Shown: one piece after another, positions 32,618-34,471 of the stretch
How the letters are laid out: the number at the start of each line of letters is the position of its first letter
How positions within the stretch are numbered: the stretch's first letter is position 1
Assembly: GCA_964577045.1 (NCBI GenBank)
Contig: CAZNWL010000001.1
Location: 1 to 34,471, forward strand
Direction: 5' to 3'
DNA: 34,471 bases
From: an uncultured Planctomycetia bacterium
GTDB taxonomy: Bacteria; Omnitrophota; Gorgyraeia; Duberdicusellales; 4484-171
Translations under genes and position numbers: made by a program
Notes under the pieces: model-generated
What the model was told of the DNA's origin: nothing
What the model saw: the letters and a program-made list of their open reading frames with translations, nothing else
The model's database searches: none

Positions 32618-34471
32618 AACCGCCAAAAAAGAGTTTAGCTTTACAGGAAAAAGGAAAAAAGTTTATTCCCGGCTTAACCCAGCTTCTTTCTAAAAGGCCT
32701 GACCAGTTTGCTCCCGGGCTTTGGCCGGGATATTTTGAAAAAGCCAAAGGCATAGAAGTCTGGGATTTGGACGGAAACCGTTATCTGGATATGAGTATCA
32801 GCGGCATCGGAGCAGTAATTTTAGGTTATTGTGATCCTGATGTGGATAAGGCAGTTAGAGAAGTAATCAAGAAAGGCAATTTTTCTTCGCTCAATTGCCC
32901 GGAAGAAGTCGAACTTGCAGAGTTACTTTGCGAAATCCATCCCTGGGCGAAGCTTGTGCGTTATGGCCGCGGCGGCGGAGAAGTTATGGCTATTGCCGTG
33001 CGCATTGCCCGCGCCTTTACTGGCCGCGATAAAATAGCTTTTTGTTATGACGAAACAACAGAAATACTCACAAGAGATGGTTTTAAAAGAATCAAAGATA
33101 TAGATAAACAAGAAGTAGTAGCTACTCTCAATCCCACTACAAATCAATTAGAATACAAACAGATTGAAAGAAAGCTGAGGTATCGCTTTTCAGGGAAAAT
33201 GATACATTTCAAAGGGCAAAGGGTTGATTTAATGGTGACTCCTGAACATAAAATATATAGGAAGTTTCGCTTAAGAAAGGGTTATCATTTTAAATTAGTG
33301 GAAGCCAGAAGTGCTTTAAGATCTAAAGTAATGACTCAAATGACTTCTGTATGTGAGTGGAAAGGTGAAGTTAAGAAAGAGATTGTTATTCCTCAAATAG
33401 TTGGTCAAACTCGGCCAACAAAGGGCATTTGTTCATTTTCCGCGAAAGCTTTTGTTAGATTTATGGGTTGGTACTTATCCGAGGGTTGTTGCGTGGAACA
33501 GAAGAGAAGGAGATATGAAGTAAGTATAGCTCAAGATAGAAAGAATTTCAATAAGAGCAGGGAAATATTCTCAACGATTAGAAAATTGGGATTTGCTCCT
33601 TACCGGAACGGGCATCATATTTGTTTTAGCTCTAAAGAGTTGGTGCAATATTTAAAACAATTTGGAAAGTGCAAAGATAAGTATATTCCAGATTGGATAA
33701 AAAATTTGTCCACTAACTATATTTCTATTTTTGTAGACGCTATGATAAAAGGAGATGGCACTTTTGAGAAAGGTAAAATACGCAAATTCTATTCTACCTC
33801 TAAAAGATTGATAGATGGTATGCAAGAGATATTATTGAAAATTGGTTATTCTACCACAGTTTCAGAGCACACCAACATTGGATTTTCTAAAGATAAAGTA
33901 TATCATTTATATATAAGTAAGGAGAATATTTTAGGAAGTTGGCCAGAAGAGGAATATTACGATGGTTACGTATATTGCGTAACTGTGCCTAACCATATCG
34001 TTCTCGTGAGACGAAATGGAAAATTAGCCTGGTCAGGAAATTGCGGCTACCACGGTTGGTGTGACTGGTATTTAGCCGCTAATTTAAGTTCGGATAAGTC
34101 GCTGGAGGGGCACCTGTTACCGGGATTAGAGCCACGGGGTGTCCCCAGAGGCTTATTGGGGACGGCTTTGCCGTTTCGTTACAACAATATAGAAGAGTTG
34201 GAAAAGATTGTTCGGAATACTAAAGGCAATTTGGCAGCAATCGTGATGGAGCCGATTAGAAACGACCCCCCCCAGAAAGGATTTTTAGAGGCCGTGCGTA
34301 AAATTGCCGATAAAACCGGCGCGGTTTTAATTTTTGATGAGGTATCTTGCGGCTTTCGGATGAATTCCGGCGGCGCGCATCTTTTATTCGGCGTTACGCC
34401 GGATATCGCTGCTTTTGCTAAAGGCATGAGCAACGGTTATCCGATGGGAGCAGTCATAGGCAGAGAAAAGG
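32614..34471 (+). CDS. Class-III (glutamate-1-semialdehyde aminomutase-like) PLP aminotransferase precursor interrupted by an intein; the 3' end lies outside the window. It is not in the supplied ORF track.
   Basis: I translated this frame by hand and it is open from the ATG at 32614 (ATGA overlap with the upstream stop) to nt 34471. The N-extein carries GIEVWDLDGNRYLD and ends RAFTGRDKIAF. The C-extein resumes CGYHGW and carries AAIVMEPI, LIFDEV..GFR and the PLP lysine motif AFAKGMSNGYP. Confidence 0.85.
   Translation, partial: MKPPKKSLALQEKGKKFIPGLTQLLSKRPDQFAPGLWPGYFEKAKGIEVWDLDGNRYLDMSISGIGAVILGYCDPDVDKAVREVIKKGNFSSLNCPEEVELAELLCEIHPWAKLVRYGRGGGEVMAIAVRIARAFTGRDKIAFCYDETTEILTRDGFKRIKDIDKQEVVATLNPTTNQLEYKQIERKLRYRFSGKMIHFKGQRVDLMVTPEHKIYRKFRLRKGYHFKLVEARSALRSKVMTQMTSVCEWKGEVKKEIVIPQIVGQTRPTKGICSFSAKAFVRFMGWYLSEGCCVEQKRRRYEVSIAQDRKNFNKSREIFSTIRKLGFAPYRNGHHICFSSKELVQYLKQFGKCKDKYIPDWIKNLSTNYISIFVDAMIKGDGTFEKGKIRKFYSTSKRLIDGMQEILLKIGYSTTVSEHTNIGFSKDKVYHLYISKENILGSWPEEEYYDGYVYCVTVPNHIVLVRRNGKLAWSGNCGYHGWCDWYLAANLSSDKSLEGHLLPGLEPRGVPRGLLGTALPFRYNNIEELEKIVRNTKGNLAAIVMEPIRNDPPQKGFLEAVRKIADKTGAVLIFDEVSCGFRMNSGGAHLLFGVTPDIAAFAKGMSNGYPMGAVIGREK
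33043..34041 (+). mobile_element. Intein (333 aa) with a LAGLIDADG homing-endonuclease domain, inserted in the class-III aminotransferase
   Basis: It starts CYDETTEILT and has a TxxH block (LMVTPEH). The dodecapeptide motifs are MGWYLSEGC and IFVDAMIKGDGT. It ends LVRRNGKLAWSGN, followed by Cys at +1. The insert is AT-rich: I counted 17/60 GC at 33241-33300 versus 38/60 at 32941-33000. Confidence 0.85.

Noticed and set aside
365-34433. All minus-strand ORFs in the supplied track (for example 365-589, 9704-10021, 14311-14676, 14719-15081, 20320-20721, 21034-21444, 32923-33147, 34179-34433)
   Set aside because: Each lies entirely inside a well-supported + strand gene. They have low-complexity or odd composition and no recognisable motifs or start context. 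They look like antisense shadow ORFs.

Overview
The window is one co-directional (+ strand) block of about 34.5 kb. It holds at least 30 tightly packed genes, many with ATGA/TGATG start-stop overlaps, and almost all of them make or tailor nucleotide sugars. I see no rRNA, tRNA, CRISPR array, transposase or integrase. All minus-strand ORFs in the track look like antisense shadows of + strand genes.

Recognisable pathways:
- UDP-sugar dehydrogenase, 4-epimerase, UDP-xylose synthase and a DegT aminotransferase.
- A fused ATP sulfurylase/APS kinase (PAPS synthase).
- An EPS-type MarR regulator with a near-consensus promoter and an operator-like palindrome.
- GDP-mannose 3,5-epimerase-like, Gmd and Fcl.
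- RmlA, RmlC and RmlB.
- A TPP-dependent E1 alpha/beta pair followed by a classical SDR.
- An alternating array of three divergent extended SDRs and two B12-binding radical SAM enzymes.
- An HddA/HddC-like heptose-activation pair.
- A DegT-fold enzyme with His replacing the PLP lysine plus a Cys cluster (3-dehydratase-like).
- A fusion of an FAD oxidoreductase with a NeuB-type ulosonic-acid synthase.
- Two further dehydrogenases, an MsbA/PglK-type ABC exporter, an unassigned 432-aa protein, an SpsF-like cytidylyltransferase and a class-III aminotransferase.

The most unusual observation is that two genes are interrupted in-frame by homologous LAGLIDADG inteins. These are rfbB and the class-III aminotransferase; the ORF track omits the latter because it runs off the 3' edge. 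Each intein sits in a conserved active-site motif, starts with CYDETT and ends with Gly-Asn.

Two intergenic regions carry structured repeats that the genes do not explain. One is a four-copy GATTACAGYGATT array upstream of rfbB. The other is a roughly 138-nt palindromic AAATTCCAA element that supplies the last codons of an SDR gene.

All functional calls come from motif recognition by eye. No database search was possible.
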